A stretch of DNA of 64,000 nt, from contig CAVRCJ010000010.1 of the NCBI GenBank assembly GCA_963719515.1, positions 800,001 through 864,000 of the forward strand, read 5' to 3'. Under the pieces are notes generated by a model that saw only the letters and a program-made list of their open reading frames with translations, did no database searches and was not told the DNA's origin. The translations under genes and the position numbers were made by a program. The stretch is from an uncultured cyanobacterium. Its GTDB lineage: Bacteria > Cyanobacteriota > Cyanobacteriia > CAKZMO01. Below are positions 9,543 through 20,137 of the stretch, piece after piece (the first letter of the stretch is position 1; the number at the start of each line of letters is the position of its first letter).

Positions 9543-11021
9543 ATGTACATCATTCAGATTGCCTCTGAATGCGCCCCTGTGATTAAGGCAGGCGGCCTTG
9601 GCGATGTGGTTTACGGGCTGAGCCGCGAATTGACGACGCGGGGACATTCCGTCGAGCTAATTTTGCCCAAGTATGACTGCATGCGCTACGACCATCTGTG
9701 GGGCATGCACGAGGCCTACGAAGGGTTAGAAGTACCCTGGTACGACAGCACGATTCCCTGCACGGTTTACTGCGGCTGGGTGCATGGGCGGCAGTGCTTC
9801 TTCATTGAGCCTCATTCAAGCGATCGCTTCTTTGACCGGGGCTGCTACTACGGCTGCGACGACGACCCCATGCGCTTTGCCTTCTTCAGTAAAGCGGCGC
9901 TGCAGTTTATGCAGCAGAGCAACAAAAAACCCGACGTTATTCACTGCCACGACTGGCAGACGGGCCTGCTGCCTGTGATGCTGTTCGAGATGTATCAGTA
10001 TCACGGCATGGCCTACCAGCGAGTCTGCTACACCATCCACAACTTCAAGCATCAGGGCATTGCGGGCGATGAAGTGCTCTGGGCTACCGGGCTCAACCGA
10101 CCCGACTACTACTTTAATCAAGACCGCCTGCAGGATCACTCAAACCCCTTCGCCATTAACTGTATGAAGGGGGGGATTGTCTATTCCAACGCCGTCACCA
10201 CCGTCTCCCCACAGCACGGCTGGGAAGCCCGCCACACCGACATCGGTTCTGGTCTAGGCCATACCCTATATCTTCATCAAGACAAGTTTCAGGGCGTGCT
10301 CAATGGCGTCGACTACAATATCTGGAACCCAGAAGTCGACGCCTACATCCCCCAGCATTACAGCGCTGAGACGTTTGAGCTGAAGCAGGTCAACAAGAAG
10401 GCGCTACAAAAACGGCTGCTGCTCCAAGAAGCGGATAAGCCTTTGGTGGCCTTCATCGGTCGTCTAGACCAGCAAAAGGGGGTCCATCTGGTTCACCATG
10501 CGATGTACTACGCTCTCGGGCAAGGCGCGCAGTTTGTGCTGCTGGGATCGGCGACAGGCGCTGAGATCAACGACAAGTTCCAGCACGAGAAGGCGTTCCT
10601 CAACGACAACCCGGATGCACACCTAGAGCTAGCCTTCGATGAGGAGCTCTCCCACCTTATCTACGCCGGAGCGGACCTGATGGTGGTGCCCAGCAACTTT
10701 GAACCCTGCGGCCTTACCCAGCTGATCAGCCTCAAATACGGCACGGTGCCGGTGGTTCGCGCTGTGGGCGGTCTAGTGGATACGGTGTTTGACTACGACT
10801 ACAACGACGGGGTACCCCCTGAGAAGCGCAACGGCTTTGTGTTCCACCAGCAGGACAACTACGCCCTGGAGTCGGCGTTAGATCGGGCGCTACAGCTGGG
10901 GTACAACAACCCTGATAAGTTTCGGGATTTAGCGGTGCAGGGGATGGACTACGACTTTTCGTGGAATCTGCCGGGCGGAGAGTACGAGAAGATTTACGAG
11001 AAGATTCGCCAACCCTGGTAG
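9543..11021 (+). CDS. glgA: Glycogen synthase
   Basis: KAGGLGDV, HCHDWQ, TIHN, PSNFEPCGLTQL; SD AAGGAG. Confidence 0.96.
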   Translation: MYIIQIASECAPVIKAGGLGDVVYGLSRELTTRGHSVELILPKYDCMRYDHLWGMHEAYEGLEVPWYDSTIPCTVYCGWVHGRQCFFIEPHSSDRFFDRGCYYGCDDDPMRFAFFSKAALQFMQQSNKKPDVIHCHDWQTGLLPVMLFEMYQYHGMAYQRVCYTIHNFKHQGIAGDEVLWATGLNRPDYYFNQDRLQDHSNPFAINCMKGGIVYSNAVTTVSPQHGWEARHTDIGSGLGHTLYLHQDKFQGVLNGVDYNIWNPEVDAYIPQHYSAETFELKQVNKKALQKRLLLQEADKPLVAFIGRLDQQKGVHLVHHAMYYALGQGAQFVLLGSATGAEINDKFQHEKAFLNDNPDAHLELAFDEELSHLIYAGADLMVVPSNFEPCGLTQLISLKYGTVPVVRAVGGLVDTVFDYDYNDGVPPEKRNGFVFHQQDNYALESALDRALQLGYNNPDKFRDLAVQGMDYDFSWNLPGGEYEKIYEKIRQPW

Positions 11022-11100
11022 GCGAACGTTGTCCAGTAGCCCGCAGGTCGCCTGCGAGCAATGCTGAAGCACCGCCGACAAAAATAATAGTCTCATCCAC

Positions 11101-13158
11101 TTAAAATGATGAAAGAGGAATGATTGCCGTCTCACTCATCTCACTTGCCCCTAAAGAAGGCGATCGCTCCAGCAGCCTATTGTGCCTCACTCCCAGCTGC
11201 GCCACCGGAATCGTAATCACTATCCGCGTCCCGCGCCCCGGCTCCGAAAAGCACTCAATTACGCCACCGTGGCGCTTAACAATAATTTCCTGACTAATAG
11301 ATAGCCCCAGCCCCACCCCCCGGCCAGCAGGCTTAGTGGTAAAGAATGGGTCAAACAGTCGCTGGCGCACCTGCGGCTCAATGCCAGGGCCGCTATCAGT
11401 CACCGTCACAGCGACCCGTTCCCCACGCTGTTCAGTAGTGACAATAATTACGCTGGGGGAGACTTTCACCGTTCGGCTTTGCTCATTCAGCGCATCTAAA
11501 GCGTTGGCCACGATATTGATAAATACCTGATTGAGCAGCCTAGGGTAGCATTCCACCAGCGGTAGATGTCCGTATCGCTTCACAACTTGGACCGTCTCCC
11601 CCGACTGCAGCCACAGGCGATGCTGCAGCATCAGCAGCGTACTGTCCAGGCAGTCGTGGATGTCGACGTGCTTGAGATCGGCCTCGTCTAGACGGGAAAA
11701 CTTTTGCAGCGATCGCATGATGTGGTGGATACGTTCCGCCCCAGTTTGAATCGACTGCAGCACCTTGGGCAAATCGCTTTCCAAAAAGTTTAGCTCAGCG
11801 GCGTTGAGAGCCTCTTGCAGCTCAGAGCTGGGAGAAGGGACTTCAGCTTGATAGGCCCACAGCAAATCAAACAGCGTCTGCGTGTAGTCCTTGACGTAGC
11901 TAATGTTGCCGTAGATAAAGCCAACAGGGTTGTTAATTTCGTGGGCCACCCCCGCCACCAGCTGCCCCAGACTGGACATCGTTTCAGACTGCACCAGCTT
12001 CATCTGTGCCCGGTTCAGCGCCTCAATCGTATCCGTCAACTCCTGGGTTCGTTGGGAGACCCGGCGCTCTAGGCCGTCGCGGGACTCTGTGAGCTGATCG
12101 GTGTATTGATTGACCCAGGCCACAAGCTGTTCTACAGACCGAGCCAAGGATCCCACCTCGTCTTCGCCATAGAGAGGACTGCTGTAGTAGTGACCTGAGC
12201 CAAAGCCGTTGGCGTCAAAGCTGCCCGAGCGAAAATCTCCAGATTCGACAATTCCTTTGGTCGCTTGGGTAAGGTGCTCAATGGGTTGAGCAATATTGCG
12301 GCTGATGCGATGGATCAACCCGGCAGCCACCAAGGCAGAGAGCAGCATGCTGCCCAAAATAATCGCCAGCTGCAGCCGTTGAGCGGCTACCAGATCGGCC
12401 TGGGCGAGCTTCTTTTCCTCTCCGGCTGCATCTAGCAAAAGCTTTGAGCGTTCTGACAGCCGCTCGAACTCGATGAGTATTTGCCGGGCTTCGCCGCTGG
12501 TCATTGCGGTCAGCAATCCCTGGCGAGCTTCGAAAGGGGTCTGCTCCCCCAAGCGCATCCGGTATATTTCATCCCAGGCGACCTGTACGGACTGAGCGTA
12601 GGCCCGAGTAACGGTGGTGTAGCTGTGCCCCAAACTAACGTAGTCTGTCCCGCTGCTGGGAGCGGCTGTCAACGGCTCAAACTGAGTTAGCTCATCGGCC
12701 AACGCCAAAACTCGCGCTACAGACGCCTCAAACCCAGATTCGTCCGTCGGCCAGCCCGCTTCGTCAAGGGACAATAGCAGCCGCTGGGGATGGGAGCGCA
12801 TGTCTAAAAGCTCTCGGTCAAGCTGGTAGAGCGTCGTCAGATGACGCTCGGCAAGCCCAAACTGACGACTCGCCGCCTGCCCTTGCCAATGGGCCACCCC
12901 CAAGCCTAAGCAGGTGCCCGAGATGGCTACCCCAAGGCTCAAGGCGTAGCCGTAGCTAATCTTCTTTGAAATCTTTAGGTTCCGGACCCGGTGGCGTAGC
13001 CACAGCCTGCTGCGCTGAAGGCTCTTGCACGGCACCGTGAACGCGCCGGACTTACTGTCCGATGTAAGTGCTTTTTTGAGCACTTTGAGCAGGGTGGCTT
13101 TGATCAACTGCTTGAGAGGCCTTAGCGTACTGGGAGAATCGTCATCCGCTACGAGCAC
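11101..13158 (-). CDS. Membrane sensor histidine kinase (2 TM, HAMP, HisKA, HATPase_c); start uncertain
   Basis: LGQLVAGVAHEINNP, NQVFINIVANA, FDPFFTTK, GVGLGL. Confidence 0.92.
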   Translation of the reverse strand: MLVADDDSPSTLRPLKQLIKATLLKVLKKALTSDSKSGAFTVPCKSLQRSRLWLRHRVRNLKISKKISYGYALSLGVAISGTCLGLGVAHWQGQAASRQFGLAERHLTTLYQLDRELLDMRSHPQRLLLSLDEAGWPTDESGFEASVARVLALADELTQFEPLTAAPSSGTDYVSLGHSYTTVTRAYAQSVQVAWDEIYRMRLGEQTPFEARQGLLTAMTSGEARQILIEFERLSERSKLLLDAAGEEKKLAQADLVAAQRLQLAIILGSMLLSALVAAGLIHRISRNIAQPIEHLTQATKGIVESGDFRSGSFDANGFGSGHYYSSPLYGEDEVGSLARSVEQLVAWVNQYTDQLTESRDGLERRVSQRTQELTDTIEALNRAQMKLVQSETMSSLGQLVAGVAHEINNPVGFIYGNISYVKDYTQTLFDLLWAYQAEVPSPSSELQEALNAAELNFLESDLPKVLQSIQTGAERIHHIMRSLQKFSRLDEADLKHVDIHDCLDSTLLMLQHRLWLQSGETVQVVKRYGHLPLVECYPRLLNQVFINIVANALDALNEQSRTVKVSPSVIIVTTEQRGERVAVTVTDSGPGIEPQVRQRLFDPFFTTKPAGRGVGLGLSISQEIIVKRHGGVIECFSEPGRGTRIVITIPVAQLGVRHNRLLERSPSLGASEMSETAIIPLSSF

Positions 13159-13507
13159 AAGACTAGGGCAAGCTTTCAGCGCCGGGCGCTAGGACAGCGT
13201 TGGCCAGGGCAAATTTGCCTTTTGTGAGCGTTTCACTTGTGAGCGTTTGGATAGAATGCTTCGATCTGGGCCAGACACACCCCTATTGATCGTTACTATA
13301 TCACTGAGTCCTCTGCTATCTAGCGGCGTATTGCGAGTCACTCCCGTTCAGGGCAGTTTGACCCGGTTTAAACCTGCCTCAGGATAACTTTTGCTGGAAT
13401 GAAAGACCCGAAACCCTATCACGGAGCTTAAACTTTTTAGGAGAATCTCAGCCCTCACTTATGTTGGAGAGGTATTACCGAGACAGCTCTCTATAGGCTT
13501 CTTCTCT

Positions 13508-15220
13508 ATGCACGCCATACTGCGCCAGATTCAAACTGCGTTAAGGCGACTGGCTCTCATTGGAGCGACGGCCACCGCCATTGGCGTGACGCTAGCCCCA
13601 ATCGCCGAGGCCGCCCGCGACATCCGCGTTCGCTACGGTCCCATTGAGCTCACGGTGACGATCGCCTCCATCGAGGCCTACATTGAAGACGGCACCGTCC
13701 GCCCCGACTTGGCAGCCTACATCAACCGCCTCACGCCGGAACAGCGTGCAAACGTCAAACAGCTGCTGCAGTCTGCAGTTGACACTGAACAGGTGGCGAT
13801 CGCCAACTTTTTGTATACCCGCCAGGGAGAAGCCGTCCTGAGGCGGGTCGGCGACGTAGTGCGGACCCAGTCCAATCCGGGGTTTTACGCCCTGCGGGCC
13901 GGCCTAATTTTGGCGGCAGGAGAGCCGGGGGGACTGACGCCCCTCGGCTTTTTGAAGCGGTTCCCCACCGACAGTTTGGTGGTCGACATAGAGCGGGGGC
14001 TAGCTGTATTTCGAGGGTTTCAGCAGCTAGTGGGGGCTACCGCAACTGCTGTAGAGCGGGTAGCGGTGCTGTCGGAGCGGGCGGCAGGCGGCAGTGCGGC
14101 GATCGCCAACCCCAACGAGCCCCGGCGGCGGGGAACCTTCGAATGGCAACAGAGCACTTTTGAGGTGTTCGCTCGGCAGCGGCAGCAGCAGCGGCGCTTT
14201 TTAGTCGACCTCTACCTCCCCAATCGCGCCAATGCTCCGGTGGTTGTCATCTCCCACGGCCTGGGCTCCAACCGCGACAGTTTCCGCTACTTAGCCGAGC
14301 ACTTGGCCTCTCGGGGCTACGCCGTTGCAGCCCCAGACCACCCCGGCAGCGATGCCAGCTACATCGAGGCTTTGCTGGAGGGAACCGCCAGCCAAGTCAC
14401 CGAACCCGAGGAGTTTGCCGATCGCCCGCTAGATGTCTCAGCGCTGCTCAATTCCTTGGAGCAACAGGTCGAGGCGGGCGACATTCCCCCCATTGCCCTC
14501 GACCAAGTGGGCATCGTCGGTCAGTCGTTCGGCGGCTACACGGCCTTGGCCCTAGCGGGAGCGACGATCAATTTCTCAGAACTTGAAACCGACTGCGGCG
14601 AGGACAGCGTCCGAGATACCCTCAACCTATCGCTGCTGCTGCAGTGCCGCGCCCTAGAGCTGCGAGACGACGAAGCTCAGATGGAGCGATCGCTGCGAGA
14701 CGACCGAGTGAAGGCCGCGATCGCCATCAACCCCATTGGCAGCAGCGTGTTTGGTCAGCGCGGCGTACAGGAAATCGATGTTCCCACCATGGTGGTGTCC
14801 GGCAGCAATGATTTTGTTGCCCCAACCTTATTTGAGCAGCTGATTCCCTTTACCTGGCTAGAGACCGAGAGCAAATACCTGGTGCTGCTAGAAAACGGAA
14901 CCCACTTTTCCGTGATTGGCGACAGCTCTGAGGGCACCGGCCTTATCGCCCTACCCGCTGAGATTCTTGGCCCTGAGCCCGCTGTAGCCCAGGACTACAC
15001 GAAAACCCTAAGCCTCGCTTTCTTTGAGGCCCACCTGCGCAACGAACCCGCCTATCTTCCCTATCTCTCCGCCGCCTATGCGGAAGAGTTGGGCCGCGCC
15101 CCTATCCCGCTGCGCCTGGTAAAATCTCTAGACGATGAGCAGATGGTCCAACTCGACGGCCCCGCTGACAGGGCGACAGCTGAGGCAGCGCCATTCCTAT
15201 CGGCATCACCCTCCCACTAG
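13508..15220 (+). CDS. Secreted alpha/beta hydrolase with N-terminal DUF1400-like domain
   Basis: Signal peptide, SHGLGS, GQSFGG nucleophile elbow, GTHFS. Confidence 0.88.
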   Translation: MHAILRQIQTALRRLALIGATATAIGVTLAPIAEAARDIRVRYGPIELTVTIASIEAYIEDGTVRPDLAAYINRLTPEQRANVKQLLQSAVDTEQVAIANFLYTRQGEAVLRRVGDVVRTQSNPGFYALRAGLILAAGEPGGLTPLGFLKRFPTDSLVVDIERGLAVFRGFQQLVGATATAVERVAVLSERAAGGSAAIANPNEPRRRGTFEWQQSTFEVFARQRQQQRRFLVDLYLPNRANAPVVVISHGLGSNRDSFRYLAEHLASRGYAVAAPDHPGSDASYIEALLEGTASQVTEPEEFADRPLDVSALLNSLEQQVEAGDIPPIALDQVGIVGQSFGGYTALALAGATINFSELETDCGEDSVRDTLNLSLLLQCRALELRDDEAQMERSLRDDRVKAAIAINPIGSSVFGQRGVQEIDVPTMVVSGSNDFVAPTLFEQLIPFTWLETESKYLVLLENGTHFSVIGDSSEGTGLIALPAEILGPEPAVAQDYTKTLSLAFFEAHLRNEPAYLPYLSAAYAEELGRAPIPLRLVKSLDDEQMVQLDGPADRATAEAAPFLSASPSH

Positions 15221-15238
15221 CGATATACTGGCACCCCT

Positions 15239-16144
15239 TTGAACGGATTTCTCAACCTCAATAAACCAGCGGGCCTTACCTCCCACGACTGCGTTGCCCG
15301 CGTGCGGCGACGTTTGGGGCTAAAACGGGTGGGTCACGGCGGCACCCTTGATCCAGCGGCGACGGGGGTATTGCCCATCGCGGTAGGCCGGGCAACGCGG
15401 CTGCTGCAGTTTTTGCCTGAGGCCAAAGCCTACCGGGCTACGGTGCGCTTTGGGATGCGGACCGACACCGATGATTTAGAGGGGGAGGTGCTGATGGCGG
15501 TAGCGGCCCCCCAGCTGACCCTAGAGGCCGTCGCTGCCCATCTGGTCGCCTTCCAGGGCACCCTCCAGCAAATTCCCCCCAAGTACAGCGCCATCCAGGT
15601 CGGCGGTCAGCGACTGTATGATTTGGCGCGGGCGGGAAAGCCTGTGGAGGTGCCGGTGCGTACCGTAGAGGTATACAGCAGCAAAATTTTGGGCTGGACC
15701 CCCGGCGACTTTCCAGAGCTGGGGGTAGAGATCGCCTGCGGTAGCGGCACCTACATCCGGGCGATCGCGCGGGACTTAGGGGAAGTGCTGGGGGTGGGGG
15801 GCACCCTAGCGGCGCTGGAGCGCACCGAAAGCGGTGGATTCAGCATCGCCGACAGTATTACTCTAGAGGCGGTCACGCCTGACGCCCTAGTCTCTCCTGC
15901 GATCGCCCTAGCCCAGCTGCCTAAAGTTGAACTCGATCCCGCTCAGGCCACAGACTGGCTCCACGGGCGACCCGTCGTGATTCAAGGGCGGACTCAACCG
16001 GGCTATGCCCAGGTCAGCCTGGAAGGCCAGTTTCTGGGCGTCGCGCAGCTTAGCGCCCAAGAAGGCGGCTCAGGCGACGCAGGCGACGAGCGGCGGCTAC
16101 GGCCCAAGGTCGTCTGGCCCCTCGAGGCCACGAGTGAACAATGA
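15239..16144 (+). CDS. truB: tRNA pseudouridine(55) synthase
   Basis: GHGGTLDPAATGVL, QQIPPKYSAI, CGSGTYIRAIARD. Confidence 0.96.
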   Translation: MNGFLNLNKPAGLTSHDCVARVRRRLGLKRVGHGGTLDPAATGVLPIAVGRATRLLQFLPEAKAYRATVRFGMRTDTDDLEGEVLMAVAAPQLTLEAVAAHLVAFQGTLQQIPPKYSAIQVGGQRLYDLARAGKPVEVPVRTVEVYSSKILGWTPGDFPELGVEIACGSGTYIRAIARDLGEVLGVGGTLAALERTESGGFSIADSITLEAVTPDALVSPAIALAQLPKVELDPAQATDWLHGRPVVIQGRTQPGYAQVSLEGQFLGVAQLSAQEGGSGDAGDERRLRPKVVWPLEATSEQ

Positions 16145-16244
16145 ATACACCTTGGGTCAACTTCGCAAAAGCTTTTGTAAAATAGGCGTCTAAGCCAACA
16201 GCACAAAGCTACCTGCCCTCTCACATAGACCTAATAAAGCGCAC

Positions 16245-17648
16245 ATGAGTCAAAGAACGCTGTTCGACAAAGTTTGGGACTTGCATACTGTCAGCACCTT
16301 GCCTTCAGGCCAAACTCAGCTCTTCATCGGCCTCCATCTCATCCATGAGGTCACCAGCCCCCAAGCCTTTGCCATGCTGCGCGAGCGGGATCTGCCCGTC
16401 ATGTTTCCCCAGCGCACCGTCGCCACCGTCGACCACATCGTCCCCACGGAAAATCAGGCGCGCCCCTTTGTAGATGGGCTCGCTGAGCAGATGATCCAGC
16501 AGCTAGAGACGAACTGCAGGGACAACGACATCCGCTTCTACAATATTGGCTCCGGCAATCAGGGCATCGTCCATGTGATCGCACCCGAGCAGGGGCTAAC
16601 CCAGCCGGGGATGACCATCGCCTGCGGCGACAGCCACACCTCTACCCACGGCGCTTTTGGGGCGATCGCCTTTGGCATCGGCACCAGCCAGGTGCGCGAC
16701 GTGCTGGCCTCTCAAACTCTGGCCTTAGCAAAGCTAAAAGTGCGCCGCATCGAAGTAAACGGCGACCTGCTTCCCGGTGTCTACGCCAAAGACGTCATCC
16801 TCCACATCATCCGCACCCTGGGGGTCAAAGGCGGCGTCGGCTACGCCTACGAATTTGCCGGCACCACCTTCGACGCCATGACCATGGAAGAGCGGATGAC
16901 CGTGTGCAATATGTCCATTGAGGGGGGCGCTCGCTGCGGCTACGTCAACCCCGACGACACGACGTTTGACTACCTCAAGGGCCGTGACTTCGTCCCCTCC
17001 GGCGACGACTGGGGAGAAGCCGTCACCTGGTGGCTCAGCCTCGCCAGCGATGCCGACGCCGAGTACGACGATGTGGTGGTCTTCGACGCCAAAGACATCG
17101 AGCCCACCGTGACCTGGGGCATCACCCCGGGCCAGGGCATCCAGGTGAGCGAGGCCATCCCCGTCGCCGAGTCCCTGCCCGAAGGCGATCGCTTCATCGC
17201 TGAGGAAGCCTACAGCTATATGGACCTCGCCCCCGGTATGCCCATCAAAGGCACTAAGGTAGACGTCTGCTTCATCGGCAGCTGCACCAACGGTCGCATC
17301 AGCGACCTGCGGGAGGCGGCAAGAGTTGCCCAGGGCCGAAAAGTGGTCGACGGCGTTAAAGCATTCGTGGTGCCGGGTTCTGAACGGGTGAAGCAGCAGG
17401 CCGAAGCCGAAGGACTAGACCAGGTCTTCGAGGCGGCGGGCTTCGAGTGGCGGCAGGCGGGCTGCTCCATGTGCTTGGCCATGAACCCCGACAAGCTTCA
17501 GGGCCGACAAATCAGCGCCTCCTCATCAAACCGCAACTTCAAGGGCCGCCAAGGGTCGTCGTCAGGCCGTACCCTGCTGATGAGCCCGGCGATGGTGGCA
17601 GCAGCGGCGGTGACGGGCAGCGTAACCGACGTGAGGGAGCTGTTGTAA
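16245..17648 (+). CDS. leuC: 3-isopropylmalate dehydratase large subunit
   Basis: [32 protein letters not shown]. Confidence 0.97.
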   Translation: MSQRTLFDKVWDLHTVSTLPSGQTQLFIGLHLIHEVTSPQAFAMLRERDLPVMFPQRTVATVDHIVPTENQARPFVDGLAEQMIQQLETNCRDNDIRFYNIGSGNQGIVHVIAPEQGLTQPGMTIACGDSHTSTHGAFGAIAFGIGTSQVRDVLASQTLALAKLKVRRIEVNGDLLPGVYAKDVILHIIRTLGVKGGVGYAYEFAGTTFDAMTMEERMTVCNMSIEGGARCGYVNPDDTTFDYLKGRDFVPSGDDWGEAVTWWLSLASDADAEYDDVVVFDAKDIEPTVTWGITPGQGIQVSEAIPVAESLPEGDRFIAEEAYSYMDLAPGMPIKGTKVDVCFIGSCTNGRISDLREAARVAQGRKVVDGVKAFVVPGSERVKQQAEAEGLDQVFEAAGFEWRQAGCSMCLAMNPDKLQGRQISASSSNRNFKGRQGSSSGRTLLMSPAMVAAAAVTGSVTDVRELL

Positions 17649-17660
17649 TTTCGACGGCTG

Positions 17661-17974
17661 CTTGGGGCTTGGCCCCCAACCCCCCTTTGCTGGAGGACGA
17701 GATGCCTCCCCCAGCGGCCCCCTGCATAAAGTAGTGCCTGTGAGTAGCTTTCAGCTCAGCTGCGGTGGCGGTACGCTTCTACTTGAGCCGTACCGCTACC
17801 GCAACAGGCCGACCAGGGCGGCACTACCGTTGGACATGGCGCTATGTCCACACCCCACCAGATACCCAAAACCAACACACAACACACAAATCCGGAACCC
17901 CGTTGTGCAGGGGTGGTCTGGGGGGAGCGCACCCGCTCCCCCCAGCGGGGGTTTGGGGGCAAGCCGCCCCCAAG
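17661..17974. repeat. Inverted pair of about 70-bp GC-rich palindromic repeats flanking two further hairpins
   Basis: 17661-17726 resembles the reverse complement of 17906-17974; hairpins at 17762-17802 and 17831-17850. Confidence 0.7.
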
Positions 17975-18124
17975 GCAACCGGTTCGCGCCACCATCAAAA
18001 CCTCGCGCAATCGCCTGAACAAAAAATCACCACGCGATAAAGGCTTCGCACTCGCTGCGCGAGCGCTCCACAACCCAATTGACAGGGCAAACACCATATA
18101 CCCCACATCCAAAACCCCAAACTA

Positions 18125-18715
18125 ATGACAAAAATCCAAACCATCACCGGCCCCGCCCTCCCCCTCCGCGGCAACGACATCGACACCGATCGCATCATCC
18201 CCGCCCGCTTCCTCAAGTCCATCACCTTCGACGGCCTCGGTAGCCACGCCTTCGAAGACGACCGTCAGCAGCTCCAAGGCGATCACCCCCTCGACCTCCC
18301 CCAATACCAATCCGCCCGCATCCTCGTCGTCAACCGCAACTTCGGCTGCGGCTCCTCCCGCGAGCATGCGCCCCAAGCACTCGCCCGCTGGGGTATCCAA
18401 GCCCTTGTTGGCGAGAGCTTCGCCGAGATCTTCTTCGGCAACTGCGTTGCCATGGGCGTTCCCTGTGTTGTCGCTGAGGGCGACGCAGTGAAGCAGCTGC
18501 AGGATTCAGTCGAAGCCAATCCCGTTCTAAAAGTTGAGGTTGACCTCAACGCCATGGAAGTGCGCTACGGCAAAAACGCTATGGCCATCACCATGGGCGA
18601 CGGTCCCCGACAGATGTTTCTCGCGGGCACCTGGGATGCCTGCGGGCAGCTAGTGGCCCAGGCGCAAGGCATTCAGGCTACAGCAGCGCGACTGCCCTAC
18701 GTCGCCTGGGGCTAA
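18125..18715 (+). CDS. leuD: 3-isopropylmalate dehydratase small subunit
   Basis: [30 protein letters not shown]. Confidence 0.97.
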   Translation: MTKIQTITGPALPLRGNDIDTDRIIPARFLKSITFDGLGSHAFEDDRQQLQGDHPLDLPQYQSARILVVNRNFGCGSSREHAPQALARWGIQALVGESFAEIFFGNCVAMGVPCVVAEGDAVKQLQDSVEANPVLKVEVDLNAMEVRYGKNAMAITMGDGPRQMFLAGTWDACGQLVAQAQGIQATAARLPYVAWG

Positions 18716-18740
18716 ACTTAAAGGCCTAGCAAAAGCAGCT

Positions 18741-19337
18741 TTAGGACCGCTGCCGTCGCCACTGGTAGCGGTTCCAGTCGTAAATACCTTGAATCTGATA
18801 CTCCATACCGTTCTGAAACCGAACGATAGCGCTGGAGATACAGTCGCCCTCCGAAAGGCTAACCACGCGGCAGGGTACCCACTCCCGCTGGCACGGCCCT
18901 TCCTCCTGCACCCACTCCCAAAGGCCGTTGGAAACCTCAATGCGATCGCCCACCTGCAGCGGCAGCTGACTGTCATCCAAATAGGGGGCTAGGTGCTGCG
19001 GCTCTACTCGGTCTAGCCACTGCAGCCCGTAGCGATCGCGGATAAACTGTACGCTACCCGAATCGCGACCGCCCAGCCAGTCGTTGAGAAGCAAAACTTT
19101 CCACGACGTTGACTGAACCTGAGCAGCTTGAATGTAGCGCATCAGCTGCTCGCGCTCCTCAGGCGTCAACTCGCCTAGAGGGTTGGCACCATCATCGGAC
19201 CTGTCGCCGGCTCCAATCAAGCGCTGAGGGACAACCTGACGGAGGATTTGCTGCTGAGCTTCGCTCAGGGCATAGCCAAGGCTACGACACTGCTCGAACG
19301 CAGCTTGGAGGGCGTTATCAATCTCAGACTGACTCAT
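18741..19337 (-). CDS. Conserved cyanobacterial hypothetical protein with C-terminal SH3-like beta region
   Basis: ATG ORF, LLNDWL, LQVGDRIEVSNGLWEWVQ. Confidence 0.75.
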   Translation of the reverse strand: MSQSEIDNALQAAFEQCRSLGYALSEAQQQILRQVVPQRLIGAGDRSDDGANPLGELTPEEREQLMRYIQAAQVQSTSWKVLLLNDWLGGRDSGSVQFIRDRYGLQWLDRVEPQHLAPYLDDSQLPLQVGDRIEVSNGLWEWVQEEGPCQREWVPCRVVSLSEGDCISSAIVRFQNGMEYQIQGIYDWNRYQWRRQRS

Positions 19338-19564
19338 ACACAGTACTGAAGCGCCTCAAGGGAAATTTTGCATATTGTATTGTACCAAACCCGCTTTTGC
19401 CCAAGCCCCCTTTGCAGCATAGGCCCGCAGACTGCAGAGGGCTTTCCCTCAAATTTGGCGATCGCCGCTAGCGCTGTCAGGATAGACTCCCTTAATATGG
19501 TGACAGTCGGCGATCGCACTAGACGTCGTACGTCACCCCAAGCTGTCTACGAGCAATAACGTCC

Positions 19565-20041
19565 ATGGCTGAAGAAGACAAAAAGACCAATGACAAAGCG
19601 GCTGAGAAATCGGACAGCCCACCTGCCGACAAAAAGCCCGCTGCCAAAGCCGCTGCCAAGAAAAAGAAAGAGAAAGTTGAAGACAAACCCTTCAACGAAT
19701 TCATGACGCAGCACTTTGTGCCCAATCTAGAGGAGACGCTGAAGAACCAAAACATCAGCGACCTCGACCTGACCTTTGAGCAGTCCCCCATCCCCATTGA
19801 AGGGTTCGGCAGCGAGACCTACTGGCAGGTCGCGGGCCGCTGGGGTGACGGACGTCAGTTCCGGCTAATCTTTCAAAAGGAAGACATCACCGGCCCTAAG
19901 TTCTACACAGCCGCTAACGTCGGGTCAAGTCCAACGACGCTAGAATCCTTCATGATTGACGAGCGCCGCGTGACGCTAGACCTGATGGTGTTTTACGTGG
20001 TGCAGCGCCTCAACGGGCAAAAATGGCTGAGCGGCAACTAG
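19565..20041 (+). CDS. DUF2996 / NdhV-like protein
   Basis: Lys/Ala-rich N-terminus, VEDKPF, ESFMIDERR, QRLNGQKWL. Confidence 0.8.
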   Translation: MAEEDKKTNDKAAEKSDSPPADKKPAAKAAAKKKKEKVEDKPFNEFMTQHFVPNLEETLKNQNISDLDLTFEQSPIPIEGFGSETYWQVAGRWGDGRQFRLIFQKEDITGPKFYTAANVGSSPTTLESFMIDERRVTLDLMVFYVVQRLNGQKWLSGN

Positions 20042-20137
20042 GCTAAACGGTAACCCACCGGGCGAGCGCCGCGTCACCTAACCCTGACACTCCCACAGGG
20101 ACAGGCAACACGGCACAGACAACATGGAGCCGGTGCC

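Noticed and set aside
13222..13248. Direct repeat TTGTGAGCGTTT x2 in a divergent promoter region
   Set aside because: Only two copies and no recognisable regulator motif
17662..18125. Short ORFs in the leuC-leuD spacer (likewise those at 40618-41023)
   Set aside because: Translations of palindromic repeats with unnatural composition
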